A stretch of DNA of 64,000 nucleotides from Eledone cirrhosa (GCA_964016885.1 OZ024754.1:45756001-45820000); one strand, 5' to 3'. Shown: positions 1 to 20,053, numbered from the stretch's first letter. The notes: generated by a model not told the origin, from the sequence alone. Made by a program: numbers and translations.

Positions 1-761
1 ATATAAACGTAAGTTCTTTCAAGTACAGAATTGAAGTCAGAAAGCACTAAATCTTTTAGCTCTAATGTTATTGAAACATTCTGAATGCTTCTAATTAAGA
101 GAAGAACAAAAGAAACAATATTTTCTTCATCGTTCCTTTGACATTGTACCTTGCCTAAATTCATTAATACCGAGGCTATACGTCATTCAGTTGACGCCAT
201 CTTGGATTGATGTTTTTTTCTGTACACACAATGATGGTTAAATGTAGTGTTGTCTAGTTATACAAAATTATACATATAATTTGATTACTGTTATATAATG
301 TATCTGTGTGTACCCAGTAATCACTCATTATACGGTATACTGCACCAGTTCCACATCTACATTTAGTGGTAGTATAATTGACTACAATAAGAAGATGACC
401 TCATGACATTTTATTGGTGCTTATATAACTGTATATAATTGGTCTCCATGCCATATTCTTCACTCTAAATATACTCAGTTATGTGATATGTGCATTTATA
501 CTTCAAACGCGTTCTCAGTGAGAACAATTTCCAATTACAATAGCTCCAAATCACTTTTCATTACTACTCTGACTTAAACTGATGTCTCTGCCATTCATCG
601 AACTCATCCAAATATCATACCTGATTTCTAGCTTCGGGGTATCTATTTCTTCTTACCATCCTCAAAGGTTATCAGACACGATGGCAGCAATATATACAGA
701 CCCGATTCAAGTATCGATCTGATCGTGCATCGAGTGTTCATGGTGGTACCACAACCACAAG

Positions 762-799
<38 letters not shown>

Positions 800-883
800 T
801 TCATGACAACATTTCTGTTTCATAACCAAAATAATGCAATGTATTGTGCGCAATGCAGCAGCAAAATATCTAACCCATTGTAT

Positions 884-956
<73 letters not shown>

Positions 957-1552
957 AGAAGAAGAAGAAGAAGAAGAAGGAGACAGACAGATATAATTGT
1001 AGATAGTTGAATTATGTTTATATTAAGCGCAGGCATTTTATTTTACAATGGGTCTAATACGCATTTTCGATAAATTCTAATATGTAGTAAATAATTACTT
1101 TCATATAGCTTCTTCCCGGTTTTACTAATTACTTCCACTACCAAATTAGTTTCACATATATTCTGGCGATTTCTTTCAACCTTCATTTTGATTCCTTTAG
1201 TTTTCATTTAGTTTCCTTCTATGTTTTGTAGAGAATATTTTATTAATTCTTGTTCATTTAATACACTATATTTCCTACTGATAAATTTCATTTTTACCTT
1301 CATTATTACGTATCTAATTGTGGAGAGCATTTTTCGTTTCCTCCTATGCCTATCATATTTATTTCGCATTTCAATATATCGGCAACTGAGCCAATCTGCA
1401 TGAATGGTTTTCAGCCAACAATTTATCGACAAAATGCCTTTTTGCTGCAACTAACGTTTGCAAACACACGCTGATACTTACACACAATCATGCCCACATC
1501 CGGAGAACGCGTCTACACACATACGTTACACAAAACATCATTAATATACATT

Positions 1553-1610
<58 letters not shown>

Positions 1611-1935
1611 GCACGCACACAGATTTATGCATTCAATTATATATATATATGTATATGTGTGTGTGTGTGTGTGTATACATATATAAATGTGTTTGTGTAC
1701 ATGTATGATATAATGTGAGAATATGTGCGTAGGTGTATATATATTGTTTTTTGTGTGTGTATTTATATATGTGTGTAAGATGTGTATGCTAATTGTTATT
1801 GCTTATACACGAACGTTTAAGGGGGAAACCGACTGTAAAATATGATTATAGATGCGATAGAAAAGGTAAAATTAGCATCATTTCATTATCGCTTTATTAA
1901 CATTTTTTGGCTTCATTTCCTCACTATTGCATATA

Positions 1936-1980
<45 letters not shown>

Positions 1981-2026
1981 CATACATACATACATACATA
2001 CATACATACATACATACATACATACA

Positions 2027-2059
<33 letters not shown>

Positions 2060-2751
2060 CTCTCTGTATATATCACACACATTCACCCACACACATACAT
2101 ATATATGAGTGTATGCCTATATGCATGCATCTATGTATGTTATATATATGTAAGCAGATACGCGTATATTTTCATATATATATATATATGTGTGTGTGTG
2201 TGTATATATATAATGTGTATATAAATATATTTATGTGTGTCTGTGTATGTATATATGTATGCCATTTCTATCTCGACCACATATACATGTAAACAGATAT
2301 TACATGGTTCTGTGCGTTCCTAGTTACCTGTGAAATACTCGTTAATTGTGTCTATAGGTGTGTATGTATTTATAATTGTGTGTGTGTGTCAATACACAGT
2401 GATCTGCAGGAATGGTACCTTTAACTGAAGAGGTCTCGGGACCACAACATCCCATATTTTATTAAGTTTAAGTAATTAAAAATTCAAATTTATCTCCCTT
2501 CCTTAATTTTTCGATTAGATTCACTTATTTGAATAAATAATCATCGATTTGCTTTGGCTTCTATATTATTGCCCCAATTTAACTCTTTAATGTCCATTGT
2601 GATACTTCTTTATATAATTAAATATTCTTTATCTGTACCTCCTGCGCATGTATTCTGTCATCGGTTTAAATGACAATAAATCTAACATAGCGTGATTTGT
2701 CATAGAAGTCTATATGAAAGCAGATTATATATATATAAGGACATAATTTAT

Positions 2752-4905
<2,154 letters not shown>

Positions 4906-5229
4906 TATGCATAAATAGATAAAAATAGCTTATAAAACATTTTTAATTCTTACACATGTTTCCATAGAGTTATATAGATCGAATTATTGGAAGCACGTTA
5001 CGTGAAATTCCCATAATAAAAATCTATGCATATAAAATATATTTGATTATATTTCCTCTGGGTTTATCCCTGCCTTTCTAGGTTTTTCGCCCTAAAAATC
5101 TTACTCTCCTTCATACCAATATTCTATAAACACATTAAACTAATTCTGAAAATTCTTGGCATTTATATATTATCATATATACGTAATTCTCTGTATACAT
5201 TTGAGTTTTATATATATATATATATATTA

Positions 5230-5376
5230 TAAAAAGAATCTAGAATTAGCTGTCAAAGAGGTAAGAGCTCAGCCGTCGGGAACCTATTCTTTCTAATATA
5301 GTCACATTCTATTATCCCAACTATCAAGTAGTCTGTTGAATAATGTCTTACTAGTTTAATACCAGCTTAATCCTTA
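5230..5376 (+). mobile_element. Degenerate copy of TA-inserted hammerhead-family-A short element
   Basis: ctagaattagctgtcaaagaggtaagagctcagccgtcgggaacc aligns by eye with agaaatagccgtcgaaacggcttgagctc(a/t)gccgtcggggtc at 41335-41375 and 42365-42406. TA repeats on both sides. Confidence 0.6.
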
Positions 5377-5547
5377 TATATATATTTATATATATATTGT
5401 TTGTGTGTGTATTTATCAGATAAACAAAAATTTCACTTCTCTATTTCTAGCTTAATCGCCTCTCACTGTGCTACGTGGAATATATAATACACGCCGGAAA
5501 TATTTTTAATTGATAGCTGCATGCTTACAAGATAGATGGTAGATGGA

Positions 5548-5785
5548 AATATATGTGTATATATGTATATGTGAGTGTGTGTACTTGTGTGAGGCTGTGA
5601 ACTCATTTTAATATATGTGTATATATGTATATGTGAGTGTGTGTACTTGTGTGAGGCTGTGAACTCATTTTAATATATGTGTATATATGTATATGTGTGT
5701 GTACTTGTGTGAGGCTGTGAACTTATTTTAATATATGTTTATATATGTATACGTAAGCTGTGAACACATTTTAATATATGTGAAT
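5548..5785. repeat. Minisatellite, ~60 bp unit, about 4 copies
   Basis: Unit aatatatgtgtatatatgtatatgtgagtgtgtgtacttgtgtgaggctgtgaactcatttt repeated in tandem, with the later copies decaying. Confidence 0.9.
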
Positions 5786-6448
5786 GGAAAGTGTGCTGCA
5801 AAGGAAGTCAGCCAGAATTATATAAAATGAAAGAGAAAGGATCATTTAGAAGGCGGAAAGGTGGTGATGAAAACGGTGACATAAATTGAAATCAAAAGGA
5901 AAAGAGTTTTGTACTTTGACATATAAGCCTGTAGGTAGGATGTTTGTAGTTAATGTTGTATTGCATTTGATATATTACTAGAGAAAGAAGAGCCAGATTG
6001 TTGCAAGTCTGATACAGAAGAGGGTGTGTATATGAGAGAGAGGGGGAGGAGAGAGAGAGGGGGAAGAAGAGATTGAGAGAGTGGACAGAGCATCATGGAG
6101 GAAGCACTTAAGATTATGTGTACATCGAGCACATAGTTAACAGCTTGTTCAACGGAAGTAGGCGAAGATACTTCACTTACACAACAAGCTCCTTATGCTA
6201 CACCTACATGCTGCAGATTCTGCTCAACAAACATCTTTTGTCACCAAGCAAACACTTATTTCAATTGCTGCTGGTTGTTCATCTCTCTTTTATGCATGTA
6301 TATCTATATATGAGGTTATGTGTACTTCTCTCTGTAAGAAATTCTCTGCATGTGTGAGACTAAATGCATATGACATTTCTTTCTGATTGCAAGTATCATT
6401 TCTGTATCAATTTCTTCCATCTTACCTAGCATTTCTTGCACATTTTCT

Positions 6449-6517
<69 letters not shown>

Positions 6518-6572
6518 GCGTGTGTCTATTATTATTTGTGTGTATGAATGTATTGATGTATATATATATATA

Positions 6573-6645
<73 letters not shown>

Positions 6646-6672
6646 CTCCTGCATAAACATTATCTTAAACAT

Positions 6673-6770
6673 GCCGAGGTTAACTTTGCCTTTCATCCTT
6701 ACGGGGTCGATAAAATAAAGTACCAGTAATGTACTGGGTAGTTGCTGGCCTTGTGCCTAAAATAGAAACA
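6673..6770 (+). mobile_element. 5'-truncated tRNA-derived SINE with 14 bp target-site duplication
   Basis: Family core ctttgcctttcatccttacggggtcgataaaataaagtaccagt and tail gtgcctaaaatagaaaca. attatcttaaacat occurs at 6659-6672 and 6771-6784. Confidence 0.9.
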
Positions 6771-7289
6771 ATTATCTTAAACATACAATATTGTATACAC
6801 AACGGCTCTAACTTTCATTAGTTACTCTAATTCTTCTTGTTAAATATATCCTAATGGAATTCATTATATCAAAATATACATAGAAATGCTATGAAATGTT
6901 AAATTCCTTGGCACAGTAATACAGAGTATAAATACATTTCATTGACACTGTCATCAGATTTGATTGAGGAAGTTTGCTGCCTTATCTTCTTGGCCTTGTG
7001 AACCATTAAATTAAGGACACCTTTCTGAAAATACGATTTCAAAATCTGTAGCCCTCTTTTGACAAGTTCAACAAACACTAATATCATTGGCTGTGCAATA
7101 TTTCAAATATGAAATTCTCTTGATGATGGGGTCAGCAACAACGAAACGATGTGAAATGGCGAATTAACAATGTAAGCACACAGGGAATTGAATATCTATC
7201 TAATCTAAAACCAAATTCATTATCGTCACATTATCTTCCTTGTAATTTACATAATCATAACTGTAACAACCATGAAGTTCCTAATTATC

Positions 7290-7715
7290 TTCATCATCAT
7301 CATCATCATCTTCATCTTCATCATCATCATCAGTGCAGTTGTTTTCGTCCTCATCACCAACTTTAACCTCATCATGATCATCATCGACTTCACCATTAAC
7401 GCCTGCATCATCAATATATTATCAGCAATGTCATCGTCATCATCATCACCATCAACAATATCATCGTCCCCATCATCACCATCAAAACCACCATCATCTT
7501 CATCATCACTATCATCACCATCATCTTCTCACTCACCATCAACACCATCACCATTATCACCATGATCATCATCACCGTCATCACCACCATGAACACATCA
7601 CCATCATCATCACCGTCAACATCATCTTCATCAACGTCATCCCCCACCACCATCATCATCACCATTACCATCACCACCATCAACACTATCATCATCATCA
7701 AAGACATCATCACTA
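7290..7715. repeat. Degenerate (CAT/CAC)n trinucleotide tract
   Basis: catcatcaccatca repeats. Confidence 0.9.
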
Positions 7716-7717
7716 TT

Positions 7718-7903
7718 CGGTGAATTGGCAGTATCGGTAGAGGGTTGGACACCATGCTTTCTAGCATAGTTACCTCTCTTTTCGGTTCAAATCCCGTCGA
7801 GGTTAACTTTACCTTTCATCCTTACGCGGGTCGATAAAATAAAATACCAGTAATGTACTGGGGAATTTGCTGGCATTGTGCCAAAAGTAGAAACAATTAT
7901 TAT
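7718..7903 (+). mobile_element. tRNA-derived SINE, near full length
   Basis: A-box-like tggcagtatcgg, B-box ggttcaaatcc, family core, tail agtagaaacaattattatt. Confidence 0.9.
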
Positions 7904-8149
7904 TACACACCATTACTATAACCAGATTAATCTCCATCATAAACCTTTCCTTCATCACCATCACCATCATCATCATCAACATTAGTAATGATATCCCCAC
8001 TGTCGCCTTAGTTGTTATAATTACACTCACAAATTCCCTGGGGGTTGTCATATAATCTCACCTTCAGCATCTTAACAACAACTCTCGTGATGTTGTTTAA
8101 CAACTTTTAATATGTTACATAGATCGAGATTCCTGCATATTATTTGTGA

Positions 8150-8362
8150 GTTGCTGCTGCTACTACTACTGCTGCTACTACTACTGCTACTACTACTGCT
8201 GCTGCTGCTTCTGCTGCTGCTACTACTGCTACTAATACTACTACCACCACTACTGCTACTACTAGTACTAACTACTACAAATACAGCTGCTACTACTACT
8301 ACTAACACTGATGGTGTTACTAATACTACTACCACGAAGAAGAAGAAGAAAAAGAAGAAGAA
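8150..8362. repeat. (CTA/CTG)n followed by (GAA)n tract
   Basis: Direct reading; source of the poly-L and poly-S ORFs. Confidence 0.9.
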
Positions 8363-8539
8363 AGGAGAGATGTTCTTTCTAGACCGATCAGATAAACACT
8401 ACTGATATACTTCGATCTTATCTACGATATATATTCTATTTAGTTGACATGATTAATGTGACAGCAATAGACGGGGTGTAATGAGGGTGGTTATGAATAT
8501 CAACAATTTTGTGATAAGGTTTGACATTTGTTAAATCTC

Positions 8540-8670
8540 CCCAGCAAATTGGAGGGCGGGGAACGTCGATTAAATCCACCCCAGTACGTTACTGGTACTT
8601 TATTTTATCGACCTCCCCGTAAGGATGAAAGGCAAAGTTAACCTCGGCGGGATTTGAACTCAGAACGTAA
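8540..8670 (-). mobile_element. tRNA-derived SINE, partial
   Basis: Reverse complement of the family core and B-box: ggatgaaaggcaaagttaacctcggcgggatttgaactcagaacgt. Confidence 0.88.
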
Positions 8671-8984
8671 AAAAAAATCTGATTTGAAATATAAATGTAA
8701 TAGATATGCCATAGCATATGTAATGCACACTTAACTGCATGCAAATGATATATTATTTTATGAAACTTCTTCAATAATATGGTACAATTAAGAATGAAAT
8801 TGGTCCATTTTACTTACGAGAATATGACGTGACTTCCTCTCCGGCAATTTTAAACGAATTATGAAAGTATTTCGGTGTTCATGGGAGGATTTCTTAAAAT
8901 TGTACGTGAGACTAGAATTGATAACTTTTTCATTCTGGCTGAAAGTTTGATATAATCTCTAGTTTTATTATGTCTGCCTAAATT

Positions 8985-10940
<1,956 letters not shown>

Positions 10941-12723
10941 TTTAACTATGTACTTCTACGTATTTACACACATTCCTATTATTTCTATATCTAAGGTTAA
11001 CTTCAGTATATAATTCTCCACATTAACACATTTGCTTTGTTATTCTCTCCCTCCCATCCCACATGTGTTAATTTTGTTTTACAATGCCACACTTACCTAT
11101 AAAATGTGAAATAGTTATAAACAGAAATCTCCTGCATCACCAACTACCCGACAGATTCATGTGTTATCCACACAGCAAACACGTCTCACGTCATCTAAAA
11201 TAATATTCCCGTTTGGTTTATATTAAAAAAAAACACCATTTAATAGAAACAGAGAAACACTTTTAGATTGAGAAGAATGAATGGAATTTAAAATAAGAAA
11301 ATATTTTTAAAAAACGTAGAAAGAACGGAATGGCAAAGGGTCTCGTGTCACAGAAGAATGAGGAGGGGTAAGGGGGTGCTTTATTTGGCTCTGGGCCTAG
11401 GGCGTAGCGGTAAAGAGGCTGCACCCCGCGGGAAGGCTCACATTATTTTACCACCATAAATAAGAATCAGCGTCAAATTTTCCCCATATTCGTTTCATGG
11501 GGGTGGTATCCGTCGCCTATCTCCCCAAAAGATATAATACATTCCCTAATTTCAAATAGATATTGTTTATTTGTCTACCATAAACATATTTCCTGATTTT
11601 AGTCGTAACGTGTTTTTAAATCATTTAGTCTCGTGATAGTTGCTTCTAAACTTGGTTTTCTTTTTTCCTATTTTTTTTATATAATTATATTTAACGTATA
11701 AATCTTGTTCTCTGCCGTCCTTAACACATTTGCCGCTATTTTATTGAAAGCTATTCATATCGATGCTTATTCAGCTTGTTCAAACCTATTGTTTCTCTTG
11801 CTCTTTGCATTCCTTCATTAATGACTGCTAGTCTTTTTTTTTTATTATTTTCATTCTTCTCTCCACATCACCACTATCTCTCATTTCACTGTTATTTTCA
11901 CACATGTATTATAGACCAGTTATCGTGATTGTCTCTTTCATGTTTTCATAATTGCTTATGTAAGTGTTGACAGTATCGAAGTTAATGTTTAATGTTATTG
12001 ATTTTATTTAGCCAATTATTACCAATAAATAATGATATCTGTTTCATTTCCTATTCAGCAAAAGAGGAAATTGCTTACGACTATTATAGAAATTGTATTT
12101 CCTCAAAATACATGTACAGAGCTAAGGCAAACAAAAACCTCTAACATCTCTGTTGTACAATTTATCTCATCTTTACCTCGCAGACATAATGGCAGAAACA
12201 GCCAACAGCATTTTTTGCATTAACCATTCTACTTGACAATGGATTCCTTTTTTCCTGGCAGAATATATTTATTCCATTTTGGTCCAGAAGAGCGGCATTC
12301 CGCGAATCATCGACACTTGACCGATGCGAACCTGAGTCTGCTCGTTAATGACTATCACTTAATTGTCTTTTGCCTCTCTATATTGTGGTGGCAGTCCAAA
12401 GAGCTAGATAGTAGATTCACTGTGAATATGAATTAATTTCTTACAGAAAACGTCAAAAGCCTGTCTCAAGTCCTGTGGTGCATTAGGCTAGTGTTTACCC
12501 CGATTTCCTTGGCGTTAAGCGCCTCAGAGCCTCAGAATAAGAAACACCTATCTCAACAAGATGCCAGTCCATCGCATATTTAAACCCGCAGCTGCTGCTA
12601 TTATTCAACGTATATATATATATATATAGATATATATATATATATTGTTGGGCGGGGTTTAGTGTCTGTGTGTAGGTACGTCCATTGCATATGTATTAAT
12701 GTATAAATATGTACGCTAGTTTC

Positions 12724-12990
12724 CTTCTTCACTTCAGAATGATAAATCATCAATATTGCTACGCATAGCAGCAACATAGTTCTATCTTCTATTGTCTTTC
12801 TCTTCTTCTCTTACCATGTTTATGTGTCAAGATAACGTCAGCCTTTTCTATAGGAGTATTCTTGACATATTTTAGCAAATGTCGACATGGAAGACATCGA
12901 TGCTTGAACCAACTTGATATTATTTATTCTCCAGCATGTCAACTATCTTTCGAAATCTTCAATAGTCCCACAGTTAATAACATTTTTTCT
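12724..12990. repeat. Copy 1 of a ~270 bp dispersed direct duplication (copy 2 at 16830-17102)
   Basis: Long identical stretches such as ttttctataggagtattcttgacatattttagcaaatgtcgacatggaagacatc in both copies. Confidence 0.92.
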
Positions 12991-13067
12991 GCAATAAATG
13001 TTATATTCTTTCTCTATACACAGGCCCGCACAGCATCGCACATACAGACATATATCATGTGTATGTA

Positions 13068-14186
<1,119 letters not shown>

Positions 14187-14374
14187 GAGATGTGAGAAAA
14201 ACCACAGACCCTCCATCTCAACTCTGCGAAACCGGTAAAGGAACCAAATAAATATATATATATATTTTTTTAAATAAGACTCCAGTTGCATTTACGATTT
14301 CATCTTTTTTTCTTTATACTTTCACTCGTGTAGGACACCTCGGTTATTTTTCATTTTGTAAAAAAAAAACTCAC

Positions 14375-14419
<45 letters not shown>

Positions 14420-14715
14420 CGTTTATGTGTGTTCTAGCATTTGTGAAAGTGTGTGTAAAACTGTTTCACGTGCTAGATAGGAAATTTACTGCTTTATATC
14501 ATATTTATAGATAATATATTGGAGAGCCGACAGGATATCCCAAATGAAACAATTATAGACGATAGGACTGGTTTTCTCAAAGATCAAACGACATAAAGCA
14601 AAAATGCCGTTATACGTTGCTTTTGCCGCCGTCGTCCTCTTTTTTCTTTCTTCTTTCTTTCTGTCATTGGTGACTGGCTCTATATGGACGTTTCATTTGA
14701 TTCAATGAATAAATT

Positions 14716-14768
14716 AATTGTTTCTACTTTAGGCACAAGGCCAGCAATTACCCAGTGCATTACTGGTA
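14716..14768 (-). mobile_element. SINE 3' tail fragment
   Basis: aattgtttctactttaggcacaaggccagcaattacccagtgcattactggta is the reverse complement of the SINE tail. Confidence 0.85.
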
Positions 14769-15133
14769 ATGCTGTGCAAAAATGAACACCTTCTTCACAC
14801 ATTCTTTTCATAACACCTTGGACATCATCATCAATATTTCTGGAGCCACTGGATCAGTCTGGGTCTTACAACATATACCCTCATCTACGTGGCTCCTACA
14901 TACTGTGTCCAAGTGTCTACATTCTACTGTTATCACTGCTTTCAGTTGTAACTATCTAGATGTTCTCTCGGGTTTGTTTTCCTCCTACGTGCTCTTTAAA
15001 TGTCCATAGTTCTGTAGGTTACGCTAAAGGAAATAGTTGCGAAACCTCGGGTATTAATCTCTCCATTGGCCTGCAACGTTTCTTCTTCACATTCCTTTGG
15101 CAGTCCTTCATTAACACCTAGTAGTCCTTCACC

Positions 15134-15267
<134 letters not shown>

Positions 15268-15473
15268 CATTACCTTCAATCATTACCCCATTCAATCATT
15301 ACCTTCTTGCTAGCTATTTTCAAACCTTAATTCCTAACGTATTTTCAAACCTCAATCCCTAATTCTAGCGTATCTTCAAAACAAAAAAAAACAAAATCCT
15401 TTCCTTCTTCCTTCTTCGAAGGCATGGGGCGGTCAAACGCCTAACACACACAGCCATCATGCGCCCCCCCCCC

Positions 15474-15509
<36 letters not shown>

Positions 15510-15822
15510 GATAGGAATTCACTTCGCCAAATTTCATTGCTTGCTGTCTCTACCCACGATATTCATGTAACGTAATGTACAGATTTCATTTCTCTCCCTC
15601 CACAAATCTTAATTCTAGCGTATTTTCAAAACAATCCATATTTCATATCAAGTCCAAATAGCCAATCTATCGCTAAAACAAACTACATTCTCTGTTTCTA
15701 TTAATTGTTAAATACGAAAGTTTTTGGTCGTATTCAACAGAACAAATTTTGTATTTTTGTTAATCGCTTGTTAAATGCAAGGACCCCATTCAATCATTAC
15801 CTTCTCTCTCTCTCTCTCTCTA

Positions 15823-15907
<85 letters not shown>

Positions 15908-15934
15908 CTCTCTCTCTCTCAGCTCTTCATCCTC

Positions 15935-16370
15935 TCCTCCTAGAATGAGCTGTCTTGATACCTCAGAAACCAAGATGATATCTGGTCTTAACGTGATCTG
16001 AGTGGTGTGTGATGTCATTTAGAGCGTCTTTTCCAGGTCAGCTGTCAGTAATTCAATTGTGTTGTACCAGGTAAACCCGTCCAGCAATCTTCGATCGTTC
16101 ACCATATTTAACAAACAACATCTTCCGAACTGTAATATATATTTGCTTGCCCTCTTTGCTCCCTTTGTTGATTGTTTCACCGTTGGTTGTAGGAACCTGA
16201 TCACGTCTCCGGTGATAGCATCGTACGGCCAAGTAGCAAAACAGTGACTTACGGTGTGATTAAATGTTCCTGCTTTGAAACAAAAGATCGTTTTTGCACT
16301 CTTCCCCAGAAAAACAAGTCAGCTACTTGATTAAAAAACCTGATCCTTAGCCCATATATTAGTTATAAAC
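15935..16370 (-). pseudogene. Decayed non-LTR retrotransposon C-terminus (zinc knuckle plus restriction-like endonuclease), HERO/NeSL-like
   Basis: Minus-strand pieces across frameshifts: LFFWG...FNHTVSHC...YHRRRDQV...LTADLEKTL*..HTTQITLRPDIILVSEVSRQLIL. These match my recollection of the GTLEHILSSC / RYRWRHDQVL / TLRPDIVL motif series of RLE-type elements. Confidence 0.7.
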
Positions 16371-16829
16371 ACACGCAATAAGCACGAAAGAAGATCACAT
16401 AGCTTGAAACCCAATGTTTTCAAGTAGATATCTTGTACGCATGCACAAACACACGTATATAGATGCGCATTACATATACTCACATACATAGACTCTAAAA
16501 TGAAAAGAGATAACATAGCTAGCTAGATAGATAAATACATACATACATACATACATACATACATACATACATACATACATACATACATACATACATACAT
16601 ACATACATACATACATACATTCGTACATACATACATACATTCGTACATTCGTACATACATATCTGTGAGTGTGTATATATGTCGAAGTGTGTCTACCAGA
16701 GGCTCCTTCACAGATCGTGTGTGTGTATCTACAAAATTGTGTGCCTGTATGTATTTTATACGTACGTATATACACATATAGATAGATAGATAGATATATG
16801 TACTTTCATTTACTGCAGTATTTTGCATG

Positions 16830-17102
16830 TCTTCACTTCTTCAGAATAGTAAATCAATATTCACCAAATGAATAGCAGCAATATAGTTCTATCTTCTATT
16901 GTCTTTCTCTTTCTCCTTCTCTTCTTACCATGGTTATGTGTCAAGCTAGCGTCAGTCTTTTCTATAGGAGTATTCTTGACATATTTTAGCAAATGTCGAC
17001 ATGGAAGACATCAACGCTTGAACCAACTTGATATTATTTATTCTCCAGCATGTCAACTCTCTTCTTCATCTTCAATAGTCCCATAGTTACTAACATTTTT
17101 CT
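16830..17102. repeat. Copy 2 of the ~270 bp dispersed direct duplication
   Basis: See 12724-12990. Confidence 0.92.
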
Positions 17103-17384
17103 TTTAAACACACACATATATACATACATACATACATACATACATACATACATACATACATACATACATACATACATACATACATACATGCATATGTATG
17201 TATATACACATGTATGCATATGCATGTATGTATGTGTGTATATATATATATATAATTTTTTAATGTGGAATGCAGGAAGCGTCCACACGCTGACTCTAAT
17301 GATATTTTCGAAAGTAAGTTTTTATCCTCACCGAAGTGTATTGGACATGGTTGTAATGACTGTGTGTCACTAGTATTTATGTAG

Positions 17385-17578
17385 CATACATACCAACCTC
17401 TAAAACCCAAACGGGGAGTACCATGAAAAAAGGTGCCCCAAAACGGGGAGAAAATAGGCAAAATGGGGAGATTTTATATAATGAAAGCTATATCGATTTT
17501 TACATGAGAAGACATCTCTGACCCACCCTAAAGTGAATGGGAGATCTCCCCGTCGGACAGAGAGAGTTGACAGGTCTG
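17385..17578. mobile_element. Putative small non-autonomous DNA transposon (MITE)
   Basis: Imperfect terminal inverted repeats (catacataccaacctct versus reverse complement of the right end, cagacctgtcaactctct) and internal ggggag repeats. No clear TSD. Confidence 0.4.
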
Positions 17579-17724
17579 TTATAGAAACAGATGGAATGTA
17601 GTTACGTTGTTTTTAAATATCAACAATATATCTGAAGGAATATAACTCAGTTGAGAGATCTGCGTATGTTGTTTGTTATGTAAGGTAGTGTGTTGAAATA
17701 ATTTAATTAAATATATAACCTTTG

Positions 17725-18180
17725 ATAGGTAGATAGGTTGGTTTGGGGATAGGTAGGGGGTAGGTGGGTTGGCTTCTGGATGTGTTTGGGGGGTAGGTGG
17801 TAGGTAAGAAGGTAGGTTGGTCGGTTAGTTTTTGAGGCTTTTGAGTAGTTGGGTAGGTAGGTAGCTATGTAGTTTGGTTTGTTGGTTTTGTGGTGTAGGT
17901 GGGTTTGTAAGTAGCTATGTAGGTAGATAGGTAAGTAGGTAGTTTTTTGGGGGGGTAGTTTTTGGGGGGTGGGGTAGATAGGGAGGTAGGTAGGTATTTT
18001 TTGTGGGGGGGTGTAGATAGGTAGGTAGGTCGTTTTTTGTGGTGGGGAGGTAGATAGGTAGGTAGGTAGATATTTTTTTGGTGGGGGGTAGATTGGTAGG
18101 TAGGTAGCTTTTTTCCAGGGGGGGGGGGGTAGATAGGTAGGTATGTATGTATGGGGGGGTAGATAGGTAGGTAGTTAGGT
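17725..18180. repeat. G-rich (GGTA/GATA)n tract with poly-G/poly-T runs
   Basis: Recurring unit like ggtaggtag-ttttttg-gggggg-tagataggtag. Confidence 0.9.
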
Positions 18181-20013
18181 ATCATCTAGATGTAGATATG
18201 GTGTCAATTTCAATTTAACTTGTCCATAATTCTTTCAAAAGAAACCATATTCAGAGTAGGAAAGTACTTAAGTCACTTCTGGTAATGACTACAAATAAAA
18301 TGGGATGAATTAATGGTAGTGTTGAAAACCTCTTACATTAATGAGCTACATACAATTGGAAGGTATTATGATGTTCCAATATTATCGCCAATAATGGGTT
18401 AGAATCTATATAGAATATATTGTGAATGGTGCTCTGAAATGTTGCCTTACGAAGAGTAATAAGCATAGATTAGATATTATGATTTCTTACTCGTACCTTA
18501 GAATTAATAGAGTTCTATAGGCCATCTTGAATTGTAGGCTTTCTTTGTGTTACCTCATTCAATTAACTCTCTATAAAGACTGTAATAGTTAACTATTATA
18601 CTTCAAGATACTTGACAAAAGTATGTGAATGAATGTTAATGTACCTGTATATCGAAATCAAAAAGCAGCTGTAATGGGTACTGGTGTACGAAAAACCAGC
18701 GACCAATATGTTACAGGTATTCAAGCAGGTTCACCTGATTCCATTACGAGCGACCCACTATAATGTTCATATAGCTGCTTAGGTTAGATAGAAGCTGCAT
18801 CATCCTCACCCTGGAGTATAGACTACAAAAGACACAACCTCTTTCACTAACATATAAATAAGACCATTAGAAAGACTATATTTCTTATCAATTTGTAGAT
18901 TTTAAACCTCTGCTCCTCTCTTTATATCATTTTCCGATTCTCGCGAGATGTTTAAGCATTATTGTTTACTGCACCAAACCACGAGTCGTGCTCTCGTCCT
19001 CTATTACTCCACCAACAGTCTGGAAGACCCTACAGAACAAATCATTAGTGCTGCCTTTCCCCCCATCTGCCTGAACCATAAAAATAAATATTTTCTGGTA
19101 TGAGACAATTTCGCAATCGGAACAAACAAGAGATACACTTTCCTTGTAATATAAATCTCATAAATGAATATTTACCATAATAAACTGTTATTCCTCTGTC
19201 CCGTTCATTGTTCGTGTAGGTAGAAAGTCCTATAATAAAGATCTGTGGTGTATTAATGTAGAATCGACATCATTCTTTGCAAATAAGTGTTTTAATTAGC
19301 TAAATAAGTTAATATTCAGCGTTAGAAAACATAAAAAACATTTTTAATAGATTTCTTTTCCTTTTCACTTTATAACTTGGATATTTTCCATCAGTATATA
19401 TTTTCGTTTTATAACTTGGACACATTCCATCACTACATATTTTCATTTCCACCCCGAAGGACGGTAGCAACATTACGCAATTTCAATATAAGCAAGAATT
19501 AAAATTATAAACAAAAAATAGGAATAAAATTTAAAAAATAAAGCGTAGAAAAAAAAAGAAATATGTTTAAGGGCTAGAAGGCTTCGTGGTCTCAGTGGAT
19601 AGAGTGAAGAAGACGTTGTTCCAGAGAACGGTGATGGAGAGGCGTTGGGACAGCCACTCCATCTCATGGGGCCCAGTGCGGCGGAGAGCCAACTCCGCCC
19701 CGATCGATAAATTAAAATTATCGCAGGAATCATAAAATGTAATTGATCGAACGAATTTTAAATTTTGGTCGTCTGTAATTTCTTTAATTGATTGATAATC
19801 TAATCACCTATACCACACAGGTCCGCTATTTGAGTGTCAGTCTTATCCACAACACCAGTCAAATATGTCCTCTTATTACAATTAGGATGTGTCCTTCCTT
19901 CCTTCAGCTCCTTCCTTCTTTCCTTCCTTCAGCGTCTTGCTTCTTTCCTTCCTTCTTCAAGTAGATATTGAGACGATAGTGTACACACACACACATGTAT
20001 GTATGTGTGTATG

Positions 20014-20053
<40 letters not shown>

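Noticed and set aside
2421-2455. CTGAAGA-GGTC(tcgg)GACC-acaac, hammerhead-like
   Set aside because: The GAAA box is replaced by ACAA and there is no stem I or III; too weak to call.
5548-5785. Regular repeats resembling a CRISPR array
   Set aside because: No unique spacers, eukaryotic context; it is a minisatellite.
6925-6965. Minus-strand CTGATGA...GAAA
   Set aside because: No stem II in register and no stem I.
11385-11440. tRNA-like head ggcgtagcggtaaagagg
   Set aside because: No B-box or cloverleaf; not a tRNA gene.
19583-19710. GC-rich patch with hairpin ggcggag/ctccgcc
   Set aside because: I could not fit an HDV-like ribozyme, tRNA or Helitron end to it.
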